NCBI GenBank assembly: GCA_034667225.1
Contig: JAXDKG010000058.1
Span: forward strand, 131,452 to 195,451
DNA from: Acidobacteriota bacterium
GTDB taxonomy: Bacteria; Acidobacteriota; Thermoanaerobaculia; Multivoradales; UBA5704
DNA length: 64,000 bases
Reading direction: 5' to 3'
This document shows, piece after piece, positions 53,801 through 60,954 of the stretch; the first letter of the stretch is position 1, and each line of letters begins with the position of its first letter. A program made the position numbers and the translations under genes. The notes under the pieces were generated by a model. The model ran no database searches. It was not told where the DNA came from and worked only from the letters and a program-made list of their open reading frames with translations.

Positions 53801-55055
53801 GGAGAGGGGGATAGGGGGTGAGGGGCGCCTCTTCCAGCACCACATGAGCATTCGTCCCCCCGATCCCGAACGAGCTCACTGCCGCCCGCCGCGGCCCCTC
53901 CGACTTCCACTCCGTCAACCGGTCCACCACCTGGAACGGTCCGAAGTCGATCTCCGGGCTGGGCTGCTTGAAATGCAGCGTCGGCGGGATCTCCCGGTGC
54001 TTGAGCGCGAGCACGGTCTTGATCAGGCCGGCCACGCCCGCGGCGCAGTCGAGATGGCCGATGTTCGTCTTGACCGAGCCGAGCAGGCAGCTCTCGGCCC
54101 CCTCGAAGGCCCGGCGCAGGGCTGCGACCTCGATGGGATCGCCGAGCCGCGTGCCCGTGCCGTGCGCCTCGACATAGGAGACCGTGGCGGGATCCACCTC
54201 GGCCAGCGCGAGCGCTTCCTGGATCACCCCGGCCTGGCCCTCGGTGAGCGGCGCCGTATAGCCGGCCTTGCCGCCGCCGTCGTTGTTGAGCGCCCAGCCG
54301 CGGATCACGGCGCGGACCTCGTCGCCGTCCGTCAGCGCATCCGAGAGCCGCTTCAGGACCACCACGCCCACGCCGCTGCCCGGCACCGTGCCGCGGGCCT
54401 CGGCGTCAAAGGCGCGGCAGTGGCCGTCGGGAGAGAGGATGCCTTCCTCCACGTGGATATAGCCGGAGCGTTGCGGCAGACGCAGGGTCACGCCGCCTGC
54501 CAGGGCCGCATCGCAGTCGCCATTCATCAGGCTCTGGCATGCAAGGCAGACGGCGACCAGCGAGGTCGAGCAGGCGGTCTGCACGGTCAGGCCGGGGCCG
54601 CGAAGGTCGAGCTTGTAGGCCACCCGGGTGGCGAGGAAATCCTTGTCATTGGCCACCGCGGCCTGATAGGCGTCGAGCCTCTCGCGGTTGGGGTAGACAT
54701 GATCCAGCAGGTAGAAGGACATGCCGGTGCCGGCGAACACGCCGATGCGGCCCGGCGGGCGGGCGGGATCGATGCCGGCGTCTTCCAAAGCCTTCCAGGA
54801 CTCCTCCAGGAAGAGCCGTTGCTGCGGGTCCATCAGCTCGGCTTCGCGCGGGCTGTAGCCGAAGAAACGGGCGTCGAAACGCTCGATATCGTCGAGCGCT
54901 CCGGCCCGGGGCACGTATCCGGGCCGCGCCTCGTCGGGGAACGTGGAGATTGATTCGATGCCCTCGCGCAGGCTGCGCCAGTAGGCGCCGACGTTCTCGG
55001 CGCCCGGGAATCGGCCGCTCATGCCGATGATCGCGATGTAATCCGTCATACCCAA
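50859..55055 (-). CDS. type I PKS module: KS-AT(malonyl)-KR-ACP
   Basis: KS: TACSTSLVAV, EAHGTGT, NIGHLDCAAG. AT: GHSVGE and HAFH (malonyl-type). KR: YVITGGLGRFG ... RPKVGG ... LGAYAAADAAL. ACP: LLGGNSLAG. TTG start at 55055. Confidence 0.95.
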   Translation of the reverse strand: MGMTDYIAIIGMSGRFPGAENVGAYWRSLREGIESISTFPDEARPGYVPRAGALDDIERFDARFFGYSPREAELMDPQQRLFLEESWKALEDAGIDPARPPGRIGVFAGTGMSFYLLDHVYPNRERLDAYQAAVANDKDFLATRVAYKLDLRGPGLTVQTACSTSLVAVCLACQSLMNGDCDAALAGGVTLRLPQRSGYIHVEEGILSPDGHCRAFDAEARGTVPGSGVGVVVLKRLSDALTDGDEVRAVIRGWALNNDGGGKAGYTAPLTEGQAGVIQEALALAEVDPATVSYVEAHGTGTRLGDPIEVAALRRAFEGAESCLLGSVKTNIGHLDCAAGVAGLIKTVLALKHREIPPTLHFKQPSPEIDFGPFQVVDRLTEWKSEGPRRAAVSSFGIGGTNAHVVLEEAPLTPYPPLPSPSLPRERGGRSSAAVPNLNGTLAEGSPSPGRAGVRWERGSGGEGQHLLVVSAKTPSALEAVTANLVRHLEAHPDLDLRDVAFTLQTGRQPLEVRRAAVVRKDLSSVQWLTVQPDPGFVPVAFLFPGQGAQHERMAAELYGRWPVFRREMDRCAAILGMDLFTGDVRQTELAQPALFAVEYSLARLWMDWGVQPEALLGHSVGEFVAACLAGVFSLEDALALVAERGRLVQATPPGSMLSVPLGEEELAEWLDGELSLAAVNGPGLCTVSGPFDAIERLEQKLPASRRLHTSHAFHSALVEPAVAPFRERVARVERRPPQIPFLSNVTGTWITAEEATDPGYWARHLRQPVRFAPAVAALLAEPRRLLLEVGPGTTLTTLVRRGGEARDRIVPSLPHLQDAETDTQAILGAAGRLWLAGVPLVAAEPGRKVALPTYPFEGERYWIEPSAPKPSTLGKRQDPADWLYLPTWKRTLPAGALDTAAEEGDVWVISDGHEIAKGLRGILREAVSEEDVEATVAGLLEDSAPKRVVFMGHAPGLLSLSRELGRRVHTPVQLVVVTRGLYEVTGGEATGEQGALAGLAKVIPQEYPNLRCRLIDVSGEAEALAAELETDGPPVIALRGRHRWEQVFEPFRLARKEGLRPDGHYVITGGLGRFGQMVDGARITQLDLKDGIDVADRTAVTRALREAVARHGRIDGVLHAAGEPSDDYRTLSELGAADLQRHLRPKVGGAIALREALRELGEEPAFCVATTSLAAVLGGVSLGAYAAADAALDALLGAWGPPWVSVNWEVWQAIGGMGILGQQQNELMLTPEELADTLERVLSLRGQPRLAVATGDLNRRLQQWTDVMHTGPAAVAHARPESGVPYRAPGNPSEAKIAEIWQELLGVDRVGVDDDYFLLGGNSLAGLQILSKMRAEFDVELPLKAFFEARTVSAMAEEIGREREKAAFEKKRLEEILAEIEALSLDEVKAHLAEEGT
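53664..53827. repeat. two inverted family B1 repeat units forming a ~164-bp composite inverted repeat in the KS-AT linker
   Basis: 53664-53720 (CCCCTCACCCCCTGACCCCCTCTCCCATCGCACACCC...GGGAGAGGGGGA) and its inverted copy at 53770-53827. They are translated as PYPPLPSPSLPRERGG...GSPSPGRAGVRWERGSGGEGQ, right after the KS end GGTNAHVVLEEAP. Confidence 0.75.
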
Positions 55056-55061
55056 AACCTT

Positions 55062-58000
55062 TCAATTCCGCCGGGCCCGCCGCCGGTCCATGGCGGCCCG
55101 CCGGGAGGCGGCCCGGTCGTGAATGTCCTGCGCGGCTTCCGTCCCCCGCTGCTCCGGCTCCCCCGCCAGCCGCGCCGCCAGGGAGCTGATGGTGGTGTTA
55201 CTGAACAGCTCAGCCAGTGGGATCGGCCGCCCGAGCACCTCGCACAGCCGGGCGTGAGCCCGCGCCATCAGCAGCGAGTGCCCGCCCAGCTCGAAGAAGT
55301 TGCGGTCGATGCCGACGCTCTCCACCCCCAGGACCTCGCGCCAGACCGCGGCGATGGTCCTCTCCATTTCGGTGCGAGGCAGAGCCGGAAGGGAGCCCGT
55401 ATTGGCTTCAAGGCTGGCCACTGTCGGCGGCATTGGAAGCGCTTTCAAGTCCACCTTGCCCACCGTGGTCAGCGGCAGCTCGGGGAGCGGCACGAAGGCC
55501 GACGGGATCATGGCTGCCGGAAGACGATCGGTCAGGAAGGCGCGCAGGTCGCCCACCTCTCCTTCGAGCACGACATAAGCCACCAGCACGGGCTCCCCGG
55601 CGGCGCCCGGACGGGCCACTACCACCGCTTCGCGCACCTGTGGATGAGCAGCGAGGGCGGCTTCGATCTCCGCCGGCTCGATGCGCACTCCGCGCAGCTT
55701 GACCTGGGAGTCGATCCTCCCCAGGTACTCCAAGAGGCCGTCCGGCAACAAGCGGACAAGATCGCCGGTGCGATAGAGGCGATGTCCATCCCCCGCGAAA
55801 TCCGGGACCCAGCGTTCGGCCGTGAGGTCCGGGCGGCCGAGATAGCCGCGGGCTGGCGGCACGCCCCCGGCGCACAACTCTCCTGGGACGCCAATCGGCA
55901 GCGGCTCTCTCGACCAGGGGCCGAGCACACTGATGCGGGTATTGATGATGGGCTTGCCGATCGACGGCACCTCGTCGTCCGGCCGAAAGCGGTGGGACGA
56001 GACGTAGACCGTTGCCTCGGCAGGGCCGTAGCAGTTGACCAGGCGCACGCGCCCCGACCAGCGGGCGGCGAGCGCGGCCGGCACGGCCTCGCCGCCCAGG
56101 ATCAGGGTCTCCAGAGAGGGAATCTCCTCCTCGGGCAGAAAGCGGAGGGCCGAGGGCGTCAGCAAGGCCCAAGTGATCTCCCGCTCGCGCATCTCCGCGG
56201 CAAGGCGCGGGCCGGAGAGCCGCGCCTCCTCGCTCGCCAGGCAGAGCGCCGCCCCCGACGTCCAGGCGCCGAAGACCTCCAGCACCGACGCGTCGAAGAC
56301 CGGCGCGGCCAATTGGAGCATGCGCGAGCCGGGGCCGAGCCGGAACTCGCGCCGGGCGTGATGGACCATGTTCGTGAGCGGCCGGTGCGGCACCAACACG
56401 GCCTTGGGCTGACCGGTGGAGCCCGAGGTGTACAGGGCATAGGCGAGGTGGTCCGGAGTGACGGCCACGGCGGGCCGCTCGGGGCTCCAGGAACCGAGGG
56501 CGGCCATGCGCTCGGCCGTCACCACCACTTGCGCGCCGCTCTGGGCGAGGAGCAGATCGATCCGCTCTTGCGGGTGGGATGGATCGACCGGAACGTAGAA
56601 GCCGCCGGCCTTGAGAACGGCGAGGGCTCCGGTCCAGAGATCCGAGCGCTCCAGGAGGAGCGCCACGGGGGTCTCCGGGCCAACTCCGGAGGCCAGGATC
56701 AGCCGGGCGAGCCGGTTCGCCCGTGCCTCCAGCTCACGGTAGGTGGAGACCGAGCCGTCGGCTCCGACCAGGGCCGGAGCGTCGGGGGTCCGGTCCGCCC
56801 AATCCTCGAACAGCTCGTGCACGCAACGCTCGGGCACCGTCTCGGCAGGACCCTCGCCCCAGCTCAGGAGCTGGGCGCGCTCGGCTTCGTCGAGGACAGG
56901 CAGGTCCGAGATGCGCTGCAAGGGGTCGGCACCGCGCAGCAAGGTGAGGAACCGGCCGGCCATGCGCTGGATCGTCGACTCGTCAAAGAGATCCGAGCTG
57001 AAATCGAAGACGGCATCAATGGTATCGCCGGCATGGCCGGTCTCCACGGCCAGCAGCGTCAGGTCGAACGGGGTGGCCCGCCGCGGCAGCTCGACGGGTT
57101 CCAGGGTGAGGCCGCCGATGCGGAGAGGCGCGCCGGCTCGCCCGAGCACGAACGGCGCTGCCGCGGCGCCCCTTTCGAGCCGGTGCGGCTGCTCCAGCGC
57201 GAAAAGGACCTGGACCAGCGGATGGCGCGAAGGGTCCCGAGCTGGATCGAGGCGCTCGACCAGGACGGGGAACGGGAGGTCCTGGCGCTCCAGGGCGCCT
57301 GCGAGAGAGCGCCGGGTGCGGGCCAGCAGCTCCGAAAAGGTCGGGTCGCCGGAGAGGTTGGCGCGCACTGGAAGGAGGTTCACGAAGTGCCCCGCCACCT
57401 CCTCCAGCCCGGGCCGCGTGCGGCCCGCCGCGGGAGCGCCGACCAGCATATCCTCGCGACCGGTATGGCGATGGAGCAGGGCTTCGAACGCCGCGAGGAG
57501 AACTGTGTAGAGCGTCGCCCCCGAAGAGGCGGCCAGAGACCGCACCTGCCCGGACAGCTCCGGGCCAAGGGAGAACGGGTGCGACCCGCCGCGGTGGGTC
57601 GGAACTGGCGGGCGGGGGCGGTCGGCTGGGAGGTCGAGCACCGTGGAGGCGCCGGCGAGGGCGGTGCGCCACTCGGCCCACAGGCGCTCGCCTTCGGGGC
57701 CGGCCAGCATTTCGCGCTGCCAGCGGGCCCAGGCGGCGTAAGCTAGGGGTTGAAACCCCAGGCTAGACGGGTGTCGCTCCTCCAGAGCGGCCAACCCCTC
57801 CAGAATCAACCCCAGCGACCAGAAGTCCGCCGCAATGTGGTGCACCGCCAGCAGCAACACCCCGTTGGAGAAAAGCCGCGCCCGCATCACCGGCCCGCGC
57901 TCCAAGTCGAACGGGCGCCAAGCCTCCTCCTCGATGCTCCCGGAATCGACTACCGCAAAATCAATCGCACCATCACCAATCCGCTGCACGGGCTCGCCAT

Positions 58001-60047
58001 CCACCAAGGGGTAGGTGGTGCGCAGAACCGCATGGCGCTCCGCCAAGCGCGACAAGGCCTCGATGTCGAGGTCACCTGAGACCCGCGCGGCGAGCGCGAG
58101 GTTGTAAACCGGGCTTTCGGGCGCCATCCGCCAGGCGAGCCAGAGAGAGCGCTGGTTGTAGGAGAGAGGATGGTCGGTCCCCTCGACCGCGGGGAGCTCG
58201 AACGGCTGCGCCACCGTCACCTGCTCGGCCAGCCGGCGAGGGCTGATCCCTTCGAGGAGCGCGGTCAGGGAGACACTCACCCCGGCGCCGCTCTCCAGGC
58301 GGTTTTTCAGTTCCAAGGCCAGCAGCGAGTCGAGTGGCAAGGGCGCCTCGGGGTCGAGGCTCTCCGGATCGACCCGAAGCAGGCGGGCAGTCTGGTCGAG
58401 GACGAAATCCTGGAGAGTAGCCAGCCCCGGGAGGGGCTGTACCCGTCTAGCCTGGGGTTTCAACCCCAGGCGGGTGAGCGTCCCCGCCAAAAACTCCTCC
58501 CGGCAAGCCCCCCGCCGCACCTTGCCGCTGGAGGTCTTGGGCAGCGTCCCCGCGCGGATCGGCATCACCTCATGCGGCGAAACCTCGTGCTCTCGCAGCA
58601 CCGCGGCCCGGATGGCCTCTGCTGCCTCTCCGGCCTCGGCCTCGCGGCGGCGCTCCACCTCATGCACGACGACCAGCCGCTCCTCGCCGTCCACCTCGAC
58701 CGAAAACGCCGCCCCGCCTCCGGAGCGCAGTGCCAGATGGCTCTCTTCGGCCGTTCGCTCTATGTCATGGGGATAGAGGTTGCGCCCGCGGACCACGATC
58801 AGATCCTTCAGACGGCCGGTGACGAACAGCTCGCCGTGCTCGTCGAGCCGGCCGAGGTCGCCCGTACGGAGGACACCCCCGAAACTCTCCCCTTCCCAAT
58901 ACCCGTCCGCAACGCTCGGGCCGAATACCTGGATCTCCCCTTCCTCGCCCGCCGGAAGCTCATGCCCCTCGGCATCCACGACCGTGATCCGCTCCCCCGG
59001 CCATGCCCGGCCGCAGCTCACCAAGTTGCCGACCACCTTCGGCGCGGCATCCGGGTCCCCACCGCTGACGAACAGCGTGGCCTCGGCCAGTCCGTAGCAC
59101 GGATAGAACGCCTCGCGCCGGAAGCCGCAGGGCGCGAACGCTTCGGCAAAGGCATCCAGAGTCGCAGCCCGTACCGGCTCGGCGCCGTTGAAGGCCACGC
59201 GCCAGCTCGACAGGTCGAGCCCCTCGCGCTCGGCCGGCGGGATCTTGCGCACGCAGAGCGAATAGGCGAAGTCCGGCCCGCCGCTGGTGGTCCCCTGGAA
59301 GCGGTCGATGGCTTCCAGCCACCGCCGCGGCCTCTGAAGAAAGGAGAGGGGGGACATCAGCACGCACGTGGCCCCGCACCAGAGCGGCTGGAGCACGTTC
59401 CCGATCAACCCCATGTCGTGGTAGAGCGGCAGCCACCCGACCACGACCGACTCCTCCGACTGGCCGAAGGCATGCTGGATGGCCCGCTCGTTGGCAATCA
59501 GGTTGCCGTGAGTGACGCGGACGCCCTTGGGGGTCGAGGTGGAGCCTGAGGTGTACTGGAGGAAGGCCAGGCTGTCAGGACCGACCGCCGGCGGGCGCCA
59601 GTCTTCCGGCACCAGACCCTCGAGGGCGACGGCCCCCTCCACCTCCCGCTCCACGCGGGGAAGCAGCGAGGGCGTGGTCAACGCGAGCCGCGGCTTCGCA
59701 TCCTCCAAGAGACTGCGCAGCCGTCCCGTCCCCCGTCCCGGAGACGGCGGATAGGCCGGCACGGCCACCGCGCCCGCGTACAAGCATCCGAGAAACGCCG
59801 TGACGAAGTCGAGCCCCGGGGGGAACAGCAGGAGCACCCGCTCGCCCGCAGCACCTCGCCGCTGGAGGTCCGCAGCGATGGCGCGAGCCTTCTGGTCGAC
59901 CTCCGCATAGGTGAGCCGCTCGGTAGGAGTATCTCCATCGCGGCCATCCCCCAGGAACGTGAAGGCGCACCTCTCCCCCAGGCGGCCTGCCCGCTCGCGG
60001 ACGACGTCGATGAAGCTCTCCTGGGCCAATACGGTCTCCTTCCCCAT
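55062..60047 (-). CDS. loading + module 1: fatty acyl-AMP ligase (FAAL)-ACP-C-A-T
   Basis: FAAL: FLQYTSGSTSTPKGVRVTHGNLIAN. ACP: LDSLLALELKNRLE. C: LSYNQRSLWLAW, HHIAADFWS. A: [31 protein letters not shown]: FFELGGHSL. Confidence 0.95.
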   Translation of the reverse strand: MGKETVLAQESFIDVVRERAGRLGERCAFTFLGDGRDGDTPTERLTYAEVDQKARAIAADLQRRGAAGERVLLLFPPGLDFVTAFLGCLYAGAVAVPAYPPSPGRGTGRLRSLLEDAKPRLALTTPSLLPRVEREVEGAVALEGLVPEDWRPPAVGPDSLAFLQYTSGSTSTPKGVRVTHGNLIANERAIQHAFGQSEESVVVGWLPLYHDMGLIGNVLQPLWCGATCVLMSPLSFLQRPRRWLEAIDRFQGTTSGGPDFAYSLCVRKIPPAEREGLDLSSWRVAFNGAEPVRAATLDAFAEAFAPCGFRREAFYPCYGLAEATLFVSGGDPDAAPKVVGNLVSCGRAWPGERITVVDAEGHELPAGEEGEIQVFGPSVADGYWEGESFGGVLRTGDLGRLDEHGELFVTGRLKDLIVVRGRNLYPHDIERTAEESHLALRSGGGAAFSVEVDGEERLVVVHEVERRREAEAGEAAEAIRAAVLREHEVSPHEVMPIRAGTLPKTSSGKVRRGACREEFLAGTLTRLGLKPQARRVQPLPGLATLQDFVLDQTARLLRVDPESLDPEAPLPLDSLLALELKNRLESGAGVSVSLTALLEGISPRRLAEQVTVAQPFELPAVEGTDHPLSYNQRSLWLAWRMAPESPVYNLALAARVSGDLDIEALSRLAERHAVLRTTYPLVDGEPVQRIGDGAIDFAVVDSGSIEEEAWRPFDLERGPVMRARLFSNGVLLLAVHHIAADFWSLGLILEGLAALEERHPSSLGFQPLAYAAWARWQREMLAGPEGERLWAEWRTALAGASTVLDLPADRPRPPVPTHRGGSHPFSLGPELSGQVRSLAASSGATLYTVLLAAFEALLHRHTGREDMLVGAPAAGRTRPGLEEVAGHFVNLLPVRANLSGDPTFSELLARTRRSLAGALERQDLPFPVLVERLDPARDPSRHPLVQVLFALEQPHRLERGAAAAPFVLGRAGAPLRIGGLTLEPVELPRRATPFDLTLLAVETGHAGDTIDAVFDFSSDLFDESTIQRMAGRFLTLLRGADPLQRISDLPVLDEAERAQLLSWGEGPAETVPERCVHELFEDWADRTPDAPALVGADGSVSTYRELEARANRLARLILASGVGPETPVALLLERSDLWTGALAVLKAGGFYVPVDPSHPQERIDLLLAQSGAQVVVTAERMAALGSWSPERPAVAVTPDHLAYALYTSGSTGQPKAVLVPHRPLTNMVHHARREFRLGPGSRMLQLAAPVFDASVLEVFGAWTSGAALCLASEEARLSGPRLAAEMREREITWALLTPSALRFLPEEEIPSLETLILGGEAVPAALAARWSGRVRLVNCYGPAEATVYVSSHRFRPDDEVPSIGKPIINTRISVLGPWSREPLPIGVPGELCAGGVPPARGYLGRPDLTAERWVPDFAGDGHRLYRTGDLVRLLPDGLLEYLGRIDSQVKLRGVRIEPAEIEAALAAHPQVREAVVVARPGAAGEPVLVAYVVLEGEVGDLRAFLTDRLPAAMIPSAFVPLPELPLTTVGKVDLKALPMPPTVASLEANTGSLPALPRTEMERTIAAVWREVLGVESVGIDRNFFELGGHSLLMARAHARLCEVLGRPIPLAELFSNTTISSLAARLAGEPEQRGTEAAQDIHDRAASRRAAMDRRRARRN
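57742..57783. repeat. family A repeat unit (half element), in frame inside the module-1 C domain
   Basis: GCTAGGGGTTGAAACCCCAGGCTAGACGGGTGTCGCTCCTCC. It is translated as [14 protein letters not shown], about 20 aa after HHIAADFWS and merging into the YAAWARWQ motif. Confidence 0.8.
58425..58472. repeat. family A repeat unit (half element), in frame in the FAAL-ACP linker
   Basis: Identical over 48 of 48 nt to 48781-48828. It is translated as [16 protein letters not shown], between the end of the FAAL domain and the ACP. Confidence 0.85.
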
Positions 60048-60139
60048 AAGGGGGCATCCATTCTGCCACGCTCATAGATAACAGCGCATAGGCCGAGCCG
60101 ATTCGCGGCGGCAACGAGATGATCGGGCAAGAAAGAAGC

Positions 60140-60242
60140 GGGTAGACCCCTCTACCCACTGGATGGCGCCCGGGAAGGAGCGGGTAGAGCCTCTCTATCC
60201 GGCGCGTAAACTACCCTACCCGATGGATAGCCCCCTCTACCC
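60140..60242. promoter_or_regulatory. three phased operator-like palindromes GGGTAGA-N4/5-TCTACCC in the divergent promoter region
   Basis: 60140-60157 GGGTAGAccccTCTACCC (perfect), 60182-60200 GGGTAGAgcctcTCTATCC, and 60225-60242 GGATAGcccccTCTACCC. Centre-to-centre spacing is about 42-43 bp. They lie between the NRPS start (60047, minus) and the antitoxin start (60281, plus). Confidence 0.4.
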
Positions 60243-60280
60243 GCATGTTTCCGGCTTTAGGGATCTGCTATCCTCATTGC

Positions 60281-60496
60281 ATGACGAAGACGCTCGGCGC
60301 CCTCTACGATGGCAAGGCTTTCCTGCCGGAAGAGCCGCTGGATCTCCAGCCGAACACGCGCGTCCGCATCACCGTCGAGACCGACTCAGCGCCAAGCGCT
60401 GAGCCCTACTCCTTCCTCGATACAGCTCAATCGCTCCGCCTCGAAGGTCCTCCAGACTGGTCTGAGAGGATCGAGGACTACCTCCGGGACAGCTAA
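60281..60496 (+). CDS. antitoxin, AF2212/DUF104-like (PIN-associated)
   Basis: MTKTLGALYDGKAFLPEEPLDLQPNTRVRITVE matches the DUF104 antitoxin pattern. It lies directly upstream of a PIN-domain gene. No obvious RBS, so it is possibly leaderless (TATCCT at 60268-60273). Confidence 0.65.
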   Translation: MTKTLGALYDGKAFLPEEPLDLQPNTRVRITVETDSAPSAEPYSFLDTAQSLRLEGPPDWSERIEDYLRDS

Positions 60497-60507
60497 GCCC
60501 AGAACGC

Positions 60508-60938
60508 GTGTCCGACCTCATATTCCTGGATACGGCGTACGCGATCGCCCTGTCCGCCCCGGCCGACGAGCACTACGAGCGTGCGGTCCAGCTAGCAAGC
60601 TGGATCAAGCAGGAACGAGTCCGGCTGATGACAACTCGCGGGGTTCTGCTGGAATCGGAAATGCCTTGGCCAAGGTCCGCTATCGACACGCGGCGATCCG
60701 CCTCCTCCGGGCGCTGGAAGCCGATCCGGCAGTAGAGATCGTTCCCCTTTCAGAGGAGCTCTATCGCCGGGCGCTGCACCTTTTCTCCGAGCGCGGCGAC
60801 AAGGAGTGGAGCCTCGTCGATTGCCTCTCGTTCGTAATCATGCAGGACCGTGAGGTCCAGGCTGCGCTCACGACGGATGAACACTTCCAGCAGGCGGGCT
60901 TCCGTGCCTTGATGAGGAAGAGCGTTCACAGTCCGTGA
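60508..60938 (+). pseudogene. PIN-domain (VapC-like) toxin gene interrupted by a 1-nt frameshift
   Basis: The N-terminal part is in frame 1 (VSDLIFLDTAYAIALSAPADEHYERAVQLASWIKQERVRLMTTRGVLLE). The continuation IGNALAKVRYRHAAIRLLRALEADPAVEIVPLSEELYRRALHLFSERGDKEWSLVDCLSFVIMQDREVQAALTTDEHFQQAGF is in another frame. The junction at 60652-60656 reads gaatc where gaaatc would restore one ORF. Confidence 0.7.
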
Positions 60939-60954
60939 TGGACTGCGCAGGCCT

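Noticed and set aside
60163-60402. 79-aa ORF (MAPGKERVEPLYPARKLPYPMDSPLYPHV...).
   Set aside because: It is the read-through of the three GGGTAGA/TCTACCC palindromes (repeated PLYP/YP peptides) and then runs out of frame over the DUF104 antitoxin gene (60281..60496). It is not a credible gene.
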